A stretch of 51,957 bases of DNA from Candidatus Amesbacteria bacterium GW2011_GWC2_45_19 (GCA_001001555.1 LCKS01000003.1:1-51957), one strand, 5' to 3'. Positions 28,660 through 37,191 are shown, counted from the stretch's first letter. Notes: generated from the letters alone by a model not told the origin. Translations and numbers: made by a program.

Positions 28660-28740
28660 TTAGGCTTGAGTACCTCCCACAACGCTAGCGCCCCAAGTAA
28701 AGAGGACGCAGAGCATAATGGGGAGATACAAGGAATTCAT
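28660..28740 (-). CDS. putative leader peptide (26 aa)
   Basis: MNSLYLPIMLCVLFTWGASVVGGTQA; its 3' end GGGAGGTACT can pair with AGTACACCTCCC overlapping the terminator. Confidence 0.5.
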   Translation of the reverse strand: MNSLYLPIMLCVLFTWGASVVGGTQA

Positions 28741-28741
28741 A

Positions 28742-29287
28742 CTATCCAGTAGATGTTACCATATAACGCTCGGATGACAAGAGGTATTTTGAACCGGAGG
28801 CGCCGACCTGGCCCCAGTAGTAACTGCGTTTGGAGGCGCGCTGACTGTGGGTAGCTAACCAATGGCGGGATTGTTCAACTTTGGCCCGGATAGTCTTGAT
28901 GAAAGTGCGCAGTTGTCCGAAGAAAGAGCGGTGATAGGCGCCGGGGTTGACTACGGCTTGCATGGTGGCCACTTGGACTTCGTGGGCCATCAGGCCGGTG
29001 GATTTGGCCAAGACTTGGATTTCTTGGAGAAGGGAGGCGATTTGTTGTTTGGTTTCGGTTTCTGAACGTAAATACAGCAGGCGCTCTTCTTGGAAGCGGT
29101 TGTTAAACCTAACCTCGGTTTTGTGCAGAGATTCTAAGGAGACGGGTTGATTGGGTTGGAGATCGCCGGTAATCTGAATTTTGGCCTCAGAAATCACTCC
29201 CTTGCCCAATTCCTGCAGGGCTTCAAGAAAACTGTCGGGCGCCCGGACAGGGCGGCGCGCGCTCTTAAGGTTTGAGTCGGCGGCCAT
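28742..29287 (-). CDS. conserved hypothetical protein (DUF5660-like)
   Basis: NPGAYHRSFF...YWGQ...YLLSSER pattern recalled from CPR proteins. Confidence 0.55.
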   Translation of the reverse strand: MAADSNLKSARRPVRAPDSFLEALQELGKGVISEAKIQITGDLQPNQPVSLESLHKTEVRFNNRFQEERLLYLRSETETKQQIASLLQEIQVLAKSTGLMAHEVQVATMQAVVNPGAYHRSFFGQLRTFIKTIRAKVEQSRHWLATHSQRASKRSYYWGQVGASGSKYLLSSERYMVTSTG

Positions 29288-29816
29288 GTTGAGATTGTAT
29301 TATACCTTGTTTGACTTCAGTTGCAAGTTTGGCTCTCAAGCTTTCCGGAGTCAATTTTTTCGCAGCCAGGTACTTATCTACCGTTATGCCCAAGCCGGAC
29401 AGGTTTTCCGCCAGAGTTGCCAGGCGGTGATCAGTTTGCAATTCTACCAACAGATCGGGAATTTGATGAACGGTGGGAGCTTCGCAGGTGATGGCCGTAA
29501 ACACCCAATCTTCTCCCTCTTTGCCAGAAACGATCTTGATTTGGGGATGAAGAATGGGTTTGAGGGAATGTTCCTTGACGGCGGCGGCATAAACTTTGGG
29601 GAGTAAATGTCCCAGGGCCTGACTTAGAATCCGGGTTTTGTTCAGTTTGGCCTCCACTAATTCACGCGGGGCTTTGCCCTTTCTAAATCCCGGGAGTTCG
29701 GCTTCAGCGACGTAGGCCTGCTGGATTTGGGTCCAGGAAATAGTCAAAGTCAACTCTAAATTGCCGTTTAAGGGTCTATTTAGAGAGGATGGTGGTGGAA
29801 AGGATGCGGTTACCAA
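29265..29816 (-). CDS. tig: truncated trigger-factor-like protein (ribosome-binding domain)
   Basis: LPGFRKGKAP signature; no FKBP domain; start uncertain. Confidence 0.75.
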   Translation of the reverse strand: MVTASFPPPSSLNRPLNGNLELTLTISWTQIQQAYVAEAELPGFRKGKAPRELVEAKLNKTRILSQALGHLLPKVYAAAVKEHSLKPILHPQIKIVSGKEGEDWVFTAITCEAPTVHQIPDLLVELQTDHRLATLAENLSGLGITVDKYLAAKKLTPESLRAKLATEVKQGIIQSQHGRRLKP

Positions 29817-30372
29817 CAGAAAGCTTGTTTACCGTGTCCATTCCGGATACTACACGGCCAAAGTAAGTGTATTCACCGTTTAGAAACTGGCTGTCTTTTT
29901 TGACGATGAAAAATTGGGAGTCGTTGCTGACTTCTTTAGGAAAATCCTTGCGGGCGACCCCCACACTACCCACTACAAACGACTCACCCGATGTCTCCGT
30001 GGGCAGATTTGACTGGCCGCCGTTGCCGTTGCCGGCCGGATCACAACCCTGGACAACCCAGTCTTCTATCCGGTGCCAGGTAAGATTATCACAGTAACCG
30101 GAATTGAATTTGGCTAAAAAGTTGGTGACGGTTTTGGGAGCTACGTCGGGACGCAGTTCAATGGTAAAATCGCCCTTAGAAGTAGAAATTAAGATTTGGG
30201 GCTTGGTTTTGAGAGGTTGTTGCAGAGTGCCGGATTCGCCGGCGGTGGGAGTGGCTTGGGTGATTTTTCCGGTGCTCAAGGTTTTTCTGTAATTCCGGCT
30301 AATAACTAATCCTACAATAATGGCGGCAATGACGACAATGGCGGCAATCAGGCTATTGCGGTTCATGTACAC
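29776..30372 (-). CDS. membrane-anchored cyclophilin-type PPIase
   Basis: APKTVTNF, WHR...VQGCDP, SQFFI, YTYFGRVVSGM. Confidence 0.9.
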   Translation of the reverse strand: MYMNRNSLIAAIVVIAAIIVGLVISRNYRKTLSTGKITQATPTAGESGTLQQPLKTKPQILISTSKGDFTIELRPDVAPKTVTNFLAKFNSGYCDNLTWHRIEDWVVQGCDPAGNGNGGQSNLPTETSGESFVVGSVGVARKDFPKEVSNDSQFFIVKKDSQFLNGEYTYFGRVVSGMDTVNKLSVGNRILSTTILSK

Positions 30373-30381
30373 CGGAGTATA

Positions 30382-30786
30382 TCACATTAGGGGTCTGAAT
30401 TTGTAGCCGTAGACGATTATGCGTCTGTCGTTTCTTTCTATCAAAGGTTTGTCTAATCGTCTTGTGACCATTTCTACCGGCATTCCGATTTGCGCCTTCC
30501 CGTTGTCGATGTCTGTTAGTTGAGCTGTAACCAGGGGACCCTCCTCCGATCTGATTAGGGCAGCGGTGTAAGGAGCGAGCCCTTCAAAATCTTCGGGGGC
30601 GTCGTAGACGGTAGTGTATGAATAAACATTGCCCTTGCCGGAAAACCGATATGGGGTTTTGGCTTGTTCGCCACAATTTGGACAGACGTCTCGGGGAGGG
30701 AATATTTTTTCTTCACATCGTCCACATTCCTCTCCGATGAGGCCGTAACGTGCATGCTGGAGGCGCCAATGGCGGGCTATTTCCAT
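30382..30786 (-). CDS. DUF35 Zn-ribbon/OB-fold protein
   Basis: CGRC...FPPRDVCPNC, GNVYSYT, YGYKFRP. Confidence 0.88.
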   Translation of the reverse strand: MEIARHWRLQHARYGLIGEECGRCEEKIFPPRDVCPNCGEQAKTPYRFSGKGNVYSYTTVYDAPEDFEGLAPYTAALIRSEEGPLVTAQLTDIDNGKAQIGMPVEMVTRRLDKPLIERNDRRIIVYGYKFRPLM

Positions 30787-30821
30787 AAAGAGTTAGACGC
30801 AAACGGCGCCAAAACTACTTG

Positions 30822-30850
30822 TTGACAAAGAACTTTTGATTGTGTATCAT
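30822..30850 (+). promoter_or_regulatory. sigma70-type promoter
   Basis: TTGACA-17 bp-TATCAT. Confidence 0.75.
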
Positions 30851-30856
30851 TCGCAT

Positions 30857-30932
30857 ACTCTCGCAAGAGAGTCGGGATGAGCCGCAAGGCGAGTCTTGTT
30901 GAAAAGCCCTGGTCGCAAGACTGGGGTTTTTC
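30857..30932 (+). ncRNA. candidate small RNA with three GCAA-capped hairpins
   Basis: Follows a consensus promoter; no ORF; third hairpin followed by a U run. Confidence 0.65.
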
Positions 30933-30936
30933 TTTT

Positions 30937-31188
30937 CTACTCCTCCGGAATATCTAAATTACGGTCAAAAGAGGGAGCGGTTAGCTGGGGATCGTCCAGG
31001 CGGAAAGAGCGGATTTCATCAACAATGAGTTGAAGCTGGGTGGGGGCGTTAGAAACCGAGGCTGGAGGCTGAAGGCTGGAAGTTGGAGAGGGACTGGCCG
31101 TGACGGTGACTGGACGGGGGCGGGGAAGACGGGAGACAAAGAAAACCAGCAAGGCGGCAAAGGCGATAACGGGAATGAGAATTTTCAT
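30937..31188 (-). CDS. small membrane-anchored protein
   Basis: Hydrophobic N-terminus, P/S/T linker; ATGA overlap. Confidence 0.65.
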   Translation of the reverse strand: MKILIPVIAFAALLVFFVSRLPRPRPVTVTASPSPTSSLQPPASVSNAPTQLQLIVDEIRSFRLDDPQLTAPSFDRNLDIPEE

Positions 31189-31727
31189 GGCAATTGCAGA
31201 AGGAGATTGGCAGCCTCAAGTAATAATTGGTAGCGTTGTTTGAGATCTGTGGTGAGGACCCCAAGTTTTTGTTTGGCCAGATCCAGAGTCGATGATGGTG
31301 ATGCTTGGTCTATAAACGGTTGGAGGCGGGAGGCGAGCTGGTCCAGGCGGTAGGAAAGGATTTGTTGGCGGGCGGAGGCGGCTAACTGATTGGATTTGTA
31401 TAAATGGGATTCCCAGGCTTTGGATAACTGTTTGGCCTGGGAGAGAGAAGTGAGTTGGGAAAATTCAGCGGTTTGGGCGTCTAAGTAATTGATTTCGGTT
31501 TCCAGATTGGTATCGCCGGCCAGTTGGCCACGCAGATTTTGCAGGTATGTTTTCCACAAAAGATTACGGGCGGTTAAAACCTGGCGGGTAGCGGTGACGG
31601 CTGTGAGTCTGGTAGATTCGGTTTTGTACTGTTGAAACTGGTTTTTGGCCAGCAGATACTGCTGGTAGGCCGCCCGGTAATCCGAACCGAGAGCGAACAA
31701 AGAGGCGACCAGAATCACGGGCAGCAT
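31185..31727 (-). CDS. secreted helical hypothetical protein
   Basis: Signal-like N-terminus; TACAAT 6 nt upstream. Confidence 0.65.
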   Translation of the reverse strand: MLPVILVASLFALGSDYRAAYQQYLLAKNQFQQYKTESTRLTAVTATRQVLTARNLLWKTYLQNLRGQLAGDTNLETEINYLDAQTAEFSQLTSLSQAKQLSKAWESHLYKSNQLAASARQQILSYRLDQLASRLQPFIDQASPSSTLDLAKQKLGVLTTDLKQRYQLLLEAANLLLQLP

Positions 31728-31764
31728 AGATTCATTGTAGCATGTGGGCCGGAGAGGATTTGAA

Positions 31765-31807
31765 CCCTGCCTGCCGGCAGGCAGGTATTTTTTGCGCGCG
31801 CGATTTT
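31765..31807. repeat. 43-bp direct repeat A containing the palindrome CCTGCCTGCCGGCAGGCAGG
   Basis: Identical to 32294-32336. Confidence 0.9.
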
Positions 31808-31826
31808 ATGCTCGCTTCGCGAGCAC

Positions 31827-32078
31827 TTAAACCTCTCTTATCGTTGTTCCCTCGTTTAAGGTAACACAAACTCTCGGTGTTTTGCCATCGGCTTGCTTAG
31901 GAGCACCTGGTGCTTTACACCAAACTACAACCTGATCTGTATCCTGTCCGTTTGCTTCTACACGAAGACGATACGGCTGCAAACACCACTCACCAAAAAG
32001 AGCCTGCCCATTTGCTTTACAATGTTGATCACAATCAACTTGCGTTTTTGCAACTATTTGAAATTCTCTCTCAGCCAT
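31827..32078 (-). CDS. small Cys-containing hypothetical protein
   Basis: 83 aa; AGAGGAGG SD upstream. Confidence 0.6.
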   Translation of the reverse strand: MAEREFQIVAKTQVDCDQHCKANGQALFGEWCLQPYRLRVEANGQDTDQVVVWCKAPGAPKQADGKTPRVCVTLNEGTTIREV

Positions 32079-32265
32079 TTAGTTATACACCTCCTCTGGA
32101 CAGATAATTGGCCATATTATATCAAGAAGTTATTGCAATTTCCACAAAAATTTTCTAGACTAATATTGTACCTAACATTTTCGATCTCTTTTTTGATGGC
32201 CGCATTGGACAACTTGAGAGATCGAGTTGGGTACAACCAGTGCGGCCTTTAAAGTTTAAGAGGTA

Positions 32266-32336
32266 TTGTTCTTTAAAAATTTTCGCGCTTTTTCCCTGCC
32301 TGCCGGCAGGCAGGTATTTTTTGCGCGCGCGATTTT
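32266..32336. repeat. repeat B (32266-32294) joined to repeat A (32294-32336)
   Basis: B recurs at 32973-33001 with one mismatch. Confidence 0.85.
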
Positions 32337-32422
32337 GTGCTTTTCGCCACCACGAAAAGCAATTCTAATTTAATAAATTTTACGGAATTTGTCATTAAAC
32401 AAACGAAAATATTTATTTGTTT

Positions 32423-32710
32423 TCATAACTCTAACTTTCCAGAACATGAATCAGAACTAACAGATGCAAAGCCCCTCCCTCTATTGCCTTTTTGTAAAAC
32501 GAATTGGTTATGCAATGACCTAACGTCCTTATCAATATGATGTTGTCTACAAGCTTTAATAAGGGGAGATTCGACAACTGATAGATCATTGATTTCAATT
32601 GTGAGTTGTCCAGTTGTATGCCAATTACAACTACCAGTCCGACATTGTGCAGTTACGCCTCCAATATCTCTATATTCAAACTCAAATAATCCTGGTTCTT
32701 TTTCAGGCAT
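32423..32710 (-). CDS. small hypothetical protein
   Basis: 95 aa, CxxxxC...HH...H pattern. Confidence 0.55.
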   Translation of the reverse strand: MPEKEPGLFEFEYRDIGGVTAQCRTGSCNWHTTGQLTIEINDLSVVESPLIKACRQHHIDKDVRSLHNQFVLQKGNRGRGFASVSSDSCSGKLEL

Positions 32711-32794
32711 AAGTGAATAATATCAATAAGCCATAGTTATTACAAGTATTGACACGCACCGGAAAGTTAGTTAAAGTTATTAATAGTTAACACT

Positions 32795-32971
32795 ATGGAA
32801 GAATATTTAACAACGCAAGAAATTGCAAGTTTATTGAAAGTAAACGAAATTACAGTTAGGCGATGGATTTTGCGCGGTTGGTTGCCTGCAATAAGATTTG
32901 GGAAAGTTTTTCGAATTAAAAAAGAGAATTTGGAAAAATACGGTAAATTTAACAAAAAGAAAAGAAAGTAA
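32795..32971 (+). CDS. excisionase-like helix-turn-helix protein
   Basis: Below track cut-off; MEEYLTTQEIASLLKVNEITVRRWILRGWLPAIRFGKVFRI. Confidence 0.85.
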   Translation: MEEYLTTQEIASLLKVNEITVRRWILRGWLPAIRFGKVFRIKKENLEKYGKFNKKKRK

Positions 32972-33088
32972 TTTGTTCTTTAAAAATTTTCGCACTTTTT
33001 CTTTGGCTGCTTACGCAGCCAATTCGAGCCGACTTTTTCGGAGGCGCGGCTGCCGCCGCACTCCGCTGATGGAAATTATGTGGTGAAG

Positions 33089-33307
33089 CTACTTTCTAAA
33101 TAGATCTATCGATAATTGAGATTGGCGGACAATGCTGCGCAAAGTGCCCATTGCTAGACCTTTCGAATGAAACGGCACTGTGGTGTGAGATTTTGTTGTT
33201 GGATTAAAGTATTGTTTGTGGCTACTCTTGCTAACATTTACCATAAAGCCGTTATTCAAGAGTATTTTTTCTACCTCGCGAGGCTTAAGAGGTATTAACC
33301 TGGGCAT
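33089..33307 (-). CDS. hicA: HicA-family toxin
   Basis: LLNNGF...SSHKQY...TTVPFH...GTLRSIVRQ. Confidence 0.88.
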   Translation of the reverse strand: MPRLIPLKPREVEKILLNNGFMVNVSKSSHKQYFNPTTKSHTTVPFHSKGLAMGTLRSIVRQSQLSIDLFRK

Positions 33308-33308
33308 A

Positions 33309-33566
33309 CTAATAGGCAAATTTTGGAGCTCTAGATACAGTCACTTCGGTTTGGCTGAGATAAAACTCCCCCGTGTCAGGCCGAGGCACTTCACTACTAG
33401 TTTTGATCAAACCTTCTATATGACAGGCAATTGCTTTGTGTACGTGTCTTTTAGCAAAATCAACTGTAGCGCCAAAGTCGGAAATACCTAACGTAGGCGC
33501 ATAGGCCACAAAATATCTTCCCTCTTTACGGATAATAACATTGTATTTAAGTACGTTTGTTTGCAT
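33309..33566 (-). CDS. hicB: HicB-family antitoxin
   Basis: FVAYAPTLGISDFGAT...AIACHIEGL; ATG 33566 with AGAGGAG SD. Confidence 0.85.
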   Translation of the reverse strand: MQTNVLKYNVIIRKEGRYFVAYAPTLGISDFGATVDFAKRHVHKAIACHIEGLIKTSSEVPRPDTGEFYLSQTEVTVSRAPKFAY

Positions 33567-33590
33567 GCTCCTCTTTAAGTATACCATTTG

Positions 33591-33672
33591 TGGGCCGGAA
33601 AGGACTCGAACCTTCACCCCTTGCGGGACAGGTTCCTAAAACCTGCGTGTATACCAGTTTCACCACCGGCCC
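33591..33672 (-). tRNA. tRNA-Leu(TAG)
   Basis: CAGGT-TTTAGGA-ACCTG anticodon arm; long variable arm; TATAAT upstream. Confidence 0.93.
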
Positions 33673-33706
33673 GTGGGTGTAATTATACAATTATCTATGT
33701 TCCATT

Positions 33707-33787
33707 AAAAAAGCCCCGGCTCCTGCCCGATGCCGAGGCTTTTTTAAGAATCCTACCGTACGACTGTTAAGCCGAACCGTAGGACCT
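33707..33787 (-). ncRNA. candidate small RNA (hairpin + terminator)
   Basis: TTGACA(33818-33823)-17 bp-TAGACT(33795-33800); TCCTAC..CGGCT-TAAC-AGTCG..GTAGGA hairpin; then GC hairpin with U6. Confidence 0.5.
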
Positions 33788-33819
33788 GTGGATAAGTCTA
33801 CTATAGGTCCCGACGAATG

Positions 33820-34548
33820 TCAAATTTTTAATGCCAATATAAAAATGCTGGGGCCGAAGTAGATACTAGATAAGAGAAATTGGGAGATGGATTCCAGGCC
33901 TAAAAGAATTGGTAAAGGAATTATTTTTTTGAGAAACGGCGAACGGAAGTTGGAGACGGAGAGAGTTTTTACTGGAGAGAAGCCACAGACTGATAAAGCT
34001 TTGAGAATAGATTGAGGGTGGTGGTTGACGAAGGGAATCGATCCCCGGCGGATGTTAGATGCGCGGCGGCGCTCAAGAGGCAGGGTAGAAATGGGATGAC
34101 CGGCGATGAAGCTGGCAATTCTGGATTTTATATTTAGGGAGTTGGCAAATTCGAGAAGCAATAGTCCATCGGGTTTGAGGAGGCGGTGGGCCTCTTGGAG
34201 AGCGGATTGAGGGTTGGGGAGATGATGCAGGACGCGGATGATGGAGACAAAATCGAAGCTGGAAGCTGGAAGTCCGGTTGAGTCAGAAGTTCCAACGACA
34301 ATTTTTACGTCCGCGAGGACGAACCGGCGTTGTTTTGAGGATGGTTCGACTAAAGTTAGCTGATCGCAAAATTGGAGCAGGGTCGAGGCCAGGCGGCCGT
34401 AGCCGCCGCCGATGTCTACTCCTGAAGGAAAATGGCGTTTTCCCAGCAAGCGGCGGATGGCCATAACTTCGGCTGCGTGTTCGTAAGCCCTTCCTTGCCA
34501 ATATTTGGGATACGAAAACTCGGGGTCGTTATAATAATTCGATTTCAT
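33820..34548 (-). CDS. class I SAM-dependent methyltransferase
   Basis: VDIGGGYGR, SFDFV, RVLHH, LKPDG. Confidence 0.88.
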   Translation of the reverse strand: MKSNYYNDPEFSYPKYWQGRAYEHAAEVMAIRRLLGKRHFPSGVDIGGGYGRLASTLLQFCDQLTLVEPSSKQRRFVLADVKIVVGTSDSTGLPASSFDFVSIIRVLHHLPNPQSALQEAHRLLKPDGLLLLEFANSLNIKSRIASFIAGHPISTLPLERRRASNIRRGSIPFVNHHPQSILKALSVCGFSPVKTLSVSNFRSPFLKKIIPLPILLGLESISQFLLSSIYFGPSIFILALKI

Positions 34549-35104
34549 TCAGAAATTGGTTGATGCCTTTGGCCCAGGAACCCCCTTTTTCCGGAGATGA
34601 GGGGGTGTATTTAACCATGATTTCTTCGGGGCTGGTCAAGCCTGCGTCGATGTAATTTTTTTTCAGGCCGCGGGCCACGGCGTCGATAGCCTCTTCGTAT
34701 GAACCGAACTTAGTAACTTTGTCTCCATAAATGCCATAGCCCCAACAATTATAGGAAGAAGGGATAATTTTTTTGCACAGGTTAGACTCTTGCTGGGCGA
34801 TGGCGACTAATAGGCGGTAGTCTAGAGAATACCGGTCGGCAATAGTGACTAGATAATTGGCCAGGGGGACTAATGGCGATTTGTAGCGGTTTAAATACTT
34901 GTGTAAGACAGCGGGGCGGGCGTCGGCAGCAAAAACGGCGGAGCTGATTGAGGGAAAGGCAGGTGTGGAGGCGGAGAGGATGCGGGGGGCAGGCGGGGGG
35001 GCGGCCGTGGGAGCGGGAGAAAAAGTAAAAAACAGCAGGATAGCCGCGGTCAGGGTGCTGGGAACACCGACAGCGAAAGAAACGAGCCACAAGACACGGT
35101 TCAT
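34529..35104 (-). CDS. membrane-anchored lysozyme-like/glucosaminidase-domain protein
   Basis: LLVAIAQQES...YNCWGYG...F.SYEEAI...KYTP. Confidence 0.75.
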   Translation of the reverse strand: MNRVLWLVSFAVGVPSTLTAAILLFFTFSPAPTAAPPPAPRILSASTPAFPSISSAVFAADARPAVLHKYLNRYKSPLVPLANYLVTIADRYSLDYRLLVAIAQQESNLCKKIIPSSYNCWGYGIYGDKVTKFGSYEEAIDAVARGLKKNYIDAGLTSPEEIMVKYTPSSPEKGGSWAKGINQFLNEIELL

Positions 35105-35183
35105 TATTTTGATTTTGCAGGAAAGGGGTAGAAGAATCAAGTTTTTTGAAGTATAATCCAAGAGAGAATCGAGGCAAAGACTT

Positions 35184-35669
35184 ATGAGTAGCCTATCTGA
35201 ACATGAACGGAACCGAGCTTTTAAAAGGGAATTTTACGCCCGGCAAGCGGCAGAAGAAGCTGCCCGAAAATTGAAAGCTGAACGGGCAAACGCAACTCAT
35301 GGTGAGGTTAGGGAACAAAACGAGGCCTTTGCTCATGCTATGGGCGTTACAAGAGAAGAGTTTCATAAAACATTAAGTACTCACGCAGCTTTAGGACTTG
35401 AGGCGCTTCATTTAATGGGACAAGATCCGAAGGTTACTACGGTTAAGGAAGCGATCCGAATTTTATATGAAGAAGCAGGTCACAAAGCGAACAAATTGGT
35501 TAGTGGATTACAAGCATTAGGTAGCGAGAGGAAACTAACAAAAACAAGAAGAAAAAAACGAAAGACTAAGGGTCGTATCATTGAGATGGCTAACCGGCGG
35601 AGGCAAGAAAAAGAAAGACAAAAAGCTGCTGACTCGGCATTTGAAGCACTTGTGCGAGAGCAAAAATAA
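35184..35669 (+). CDS. basic helical hypothetical protein
   Basis: 161-aa ORF with TATAAT and GAGG upstream. Confidence 0.6.
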   Translation: MSSLSEHERNRAFKREFYARQAAEEAARKLKAERANATHGEVREQNEAFAHAMGVTREEFHKTLSTHAALGLEALHLMGQDPKVTTVKEAIRILYEEAGHKANKLVSGLQALGSERKLTKTRRKKRKTKGRIIEMANRRRQEKERQKAADSAFEALVREQK

Positions 35670-35737
35670 AGATCTAATCGTTCTTCCTTAACAAACACTT
35701 GGTCGGCGGAGCTTTGGTTAAAGCAAAGCCTTCTTGT

Positions 35738-36326
35738 TTAGCGCTGGTGTTTGGGGCTGACGCTGGTAAATAGGTTTGGGTTATTGGTGGCAGCTTGGCC
35801 GCGGAGCCAAAGGTCCAGATCGTGCAGGACGAATCTGAATTTATGTAGGTGGTTGGGGAGGAGCGACGGCAAATTTCCCAAGGTCTGGCGGAATTGTTCG
35901 GCCGTGGCTCGGCCCCGGTTTTCGGTAAAGAGGAGAATTTCCGTGTTGTCGCTAGAAGCAGATATTTCGGTTAAAAAAGCAGAAGCGAATTTGGTGAAAG
36001 CGGTAAAATTGTCGGGTTTGGTGAGCCAGTTGCGAGGGTCAATGCCGGCGGGGACCCAATTTTCTCCCAGATAATTTAAGCCGATCATTGCTCTGACCCC
36101 CTGTTTTTTAAGTTCTGCAAGGACTTCTTTGACAGCGTTTATTTCTTTGGGGTCGAGCTGGCCGTTGGCGTCTGGCTGAAGATAATACCAGGGGAGGACG
36201 AGCCAGATGGTATTAAGCCCGGCGTCTTTGATATGGGGAATATCTTTGGGGAGGGTGGCTAATAGTTCCGATTCCGGCGAGTTTGAGAAAACCCCGCCTG
36301 GATATCTCTGGTGATTCTGTATCCAT
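35738..36326 (-). pseudogene. disrupted clan-A glycoside hydrolase-like gene with twin-arginine-like signal
   Basis: ATG 36326 gives MDTESPEISRRGFLK; another frame then gives IKDAGLNTIWLVLPW..LQP and runs into track ORF 35738-36088. Confidence 0.6.
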
Positions 36327-36328
36327 GT

Positions 36329-36403
36329 TGGTCGGAGACCAGGGAATTGAACCCTGCACCTCCCGGTCCCAAACCGGGCGTTCTACCGATGAACTAGTCT
36401 CCG
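36329..36403 (-). tRNA. tRNA-Pro(TGG)
   Basis: CGGAGAC acceptor, CCCGG-TTTGGGA-CCGGG, CCA encoded. Confidence 0.93.
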
Positions 36404-36524
36404 GTGCTGTATTCTAAAGATAGTTCGAACGCATTTCGCCGCCTGCGGTGGCGAGGAGCCAGCGTAGCAAATCGCGGCTCCGCCGCGCCGATGACAATTT
36501 CAAGTTTTTCTTTGGCGGCAAATT

Positions 36525-37175
36525 CTATTTTAGAAATTTAAAAGTCGAAAGTATTTTATGAAAAACTGCTTTACTTTCAGAAACAACAGGTTGAAGTTCA
36601 AATGTTACTACTCCACCGTCAGGATGAGGAATCCAAACACTTGCTTTAATCTGCATGTTTTGTACTTCTTTCCCTTCTTTCGTAATCCTTGTAAATGGAA
36701 CGGCGATACCCCAATCAATCATCGAATTAACTCCACCTATCTCGGAGGATTCGCACCTCGGAACATCGTTCGGATAGGCACCGCAATAGGTAATCCCCAT
36801 TACATTCAATTGAGCTTGAGGGATATAACCAAGTGTTATCCAAAATGTTTTGTCTGCAGATTTAGCAATAAGTGGATCGTTTCTATATTCTTCCTTTATT
36901 GGATATCCAACAACAAAAGTTGTATCGCCTTCCATTCGCGAAGGCTCCAATGGGTCTGGTGGATACAGAAACTCATATCTAAGCGTGGAGTCTCTCTGTG
37001 TTTTCCAAGTCGCAATTTCGTCAGACTGTATGGACACCTGAGACTGTTTATTTATTTGATTTTGAGTAGTGGTTGGATCCGATCTCTTTGTCACAAAGAG
37101 ATAACCAATTATACCAGCGAACAAAACAATAATTACAACCAACGCTATTATATTTATAATCTTCTTTTGATTCAT
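36525..37175 (-). CDS. membrane-anchored PsbP-like hypothetical protein (cargo)
   Basis: N-terminal TM; WKT....YEFLYP and terminal ILSTFKF motifs. Confidence 0.7.
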   Translation of the reverse strand: MNQKKIINIIALVVIIVLFAGIIGYLFVTKRSDPTTTQNQINKQSQVSIQSDEIATWKTQRDSTLRYEFLYPPDPLEPSRMEGDTTFVVGYPIKEEYRNDPLIAKSADKTFWITLGYIPQAQLNVMGITYCGAYPNDVPRCESSEIGGVNSMIDWGIAVPFTRITKEGKEVQNMQIKASVWIPHPDGGVVTFELQPVVSESKAVFHKILSTFKFLK

Positions 37176-37191
37176 ATGTTTGATACCATTA

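Larger units (their letters stand above)
31743..33612. mobile_element. decayed island at the 3' end of tRNA-Leu(TAG)
   Basis: 21/24 match between 31743-31766 and the tRNA 3' end at 33589-33612; contains hicAB, an excisionase-like HTH and internal repeats; no integrase. Confidence 0.55.

Noticed and set aside
28610-28740. T-box riboswitch
   Set aside because: No T-box consensus (AAnnnGGGTGGTACCGCG-like) or stem I; too short
31765-33001. Possible CRISPR array from palindromic repeats
   Set aside because: Only two copies of each repeat, hundreds of bp apart, and no cas genes
33787-33795. Replication origin
   Set aside because: Single DnaA box, no cluster, no dnaA/dnaN nearby
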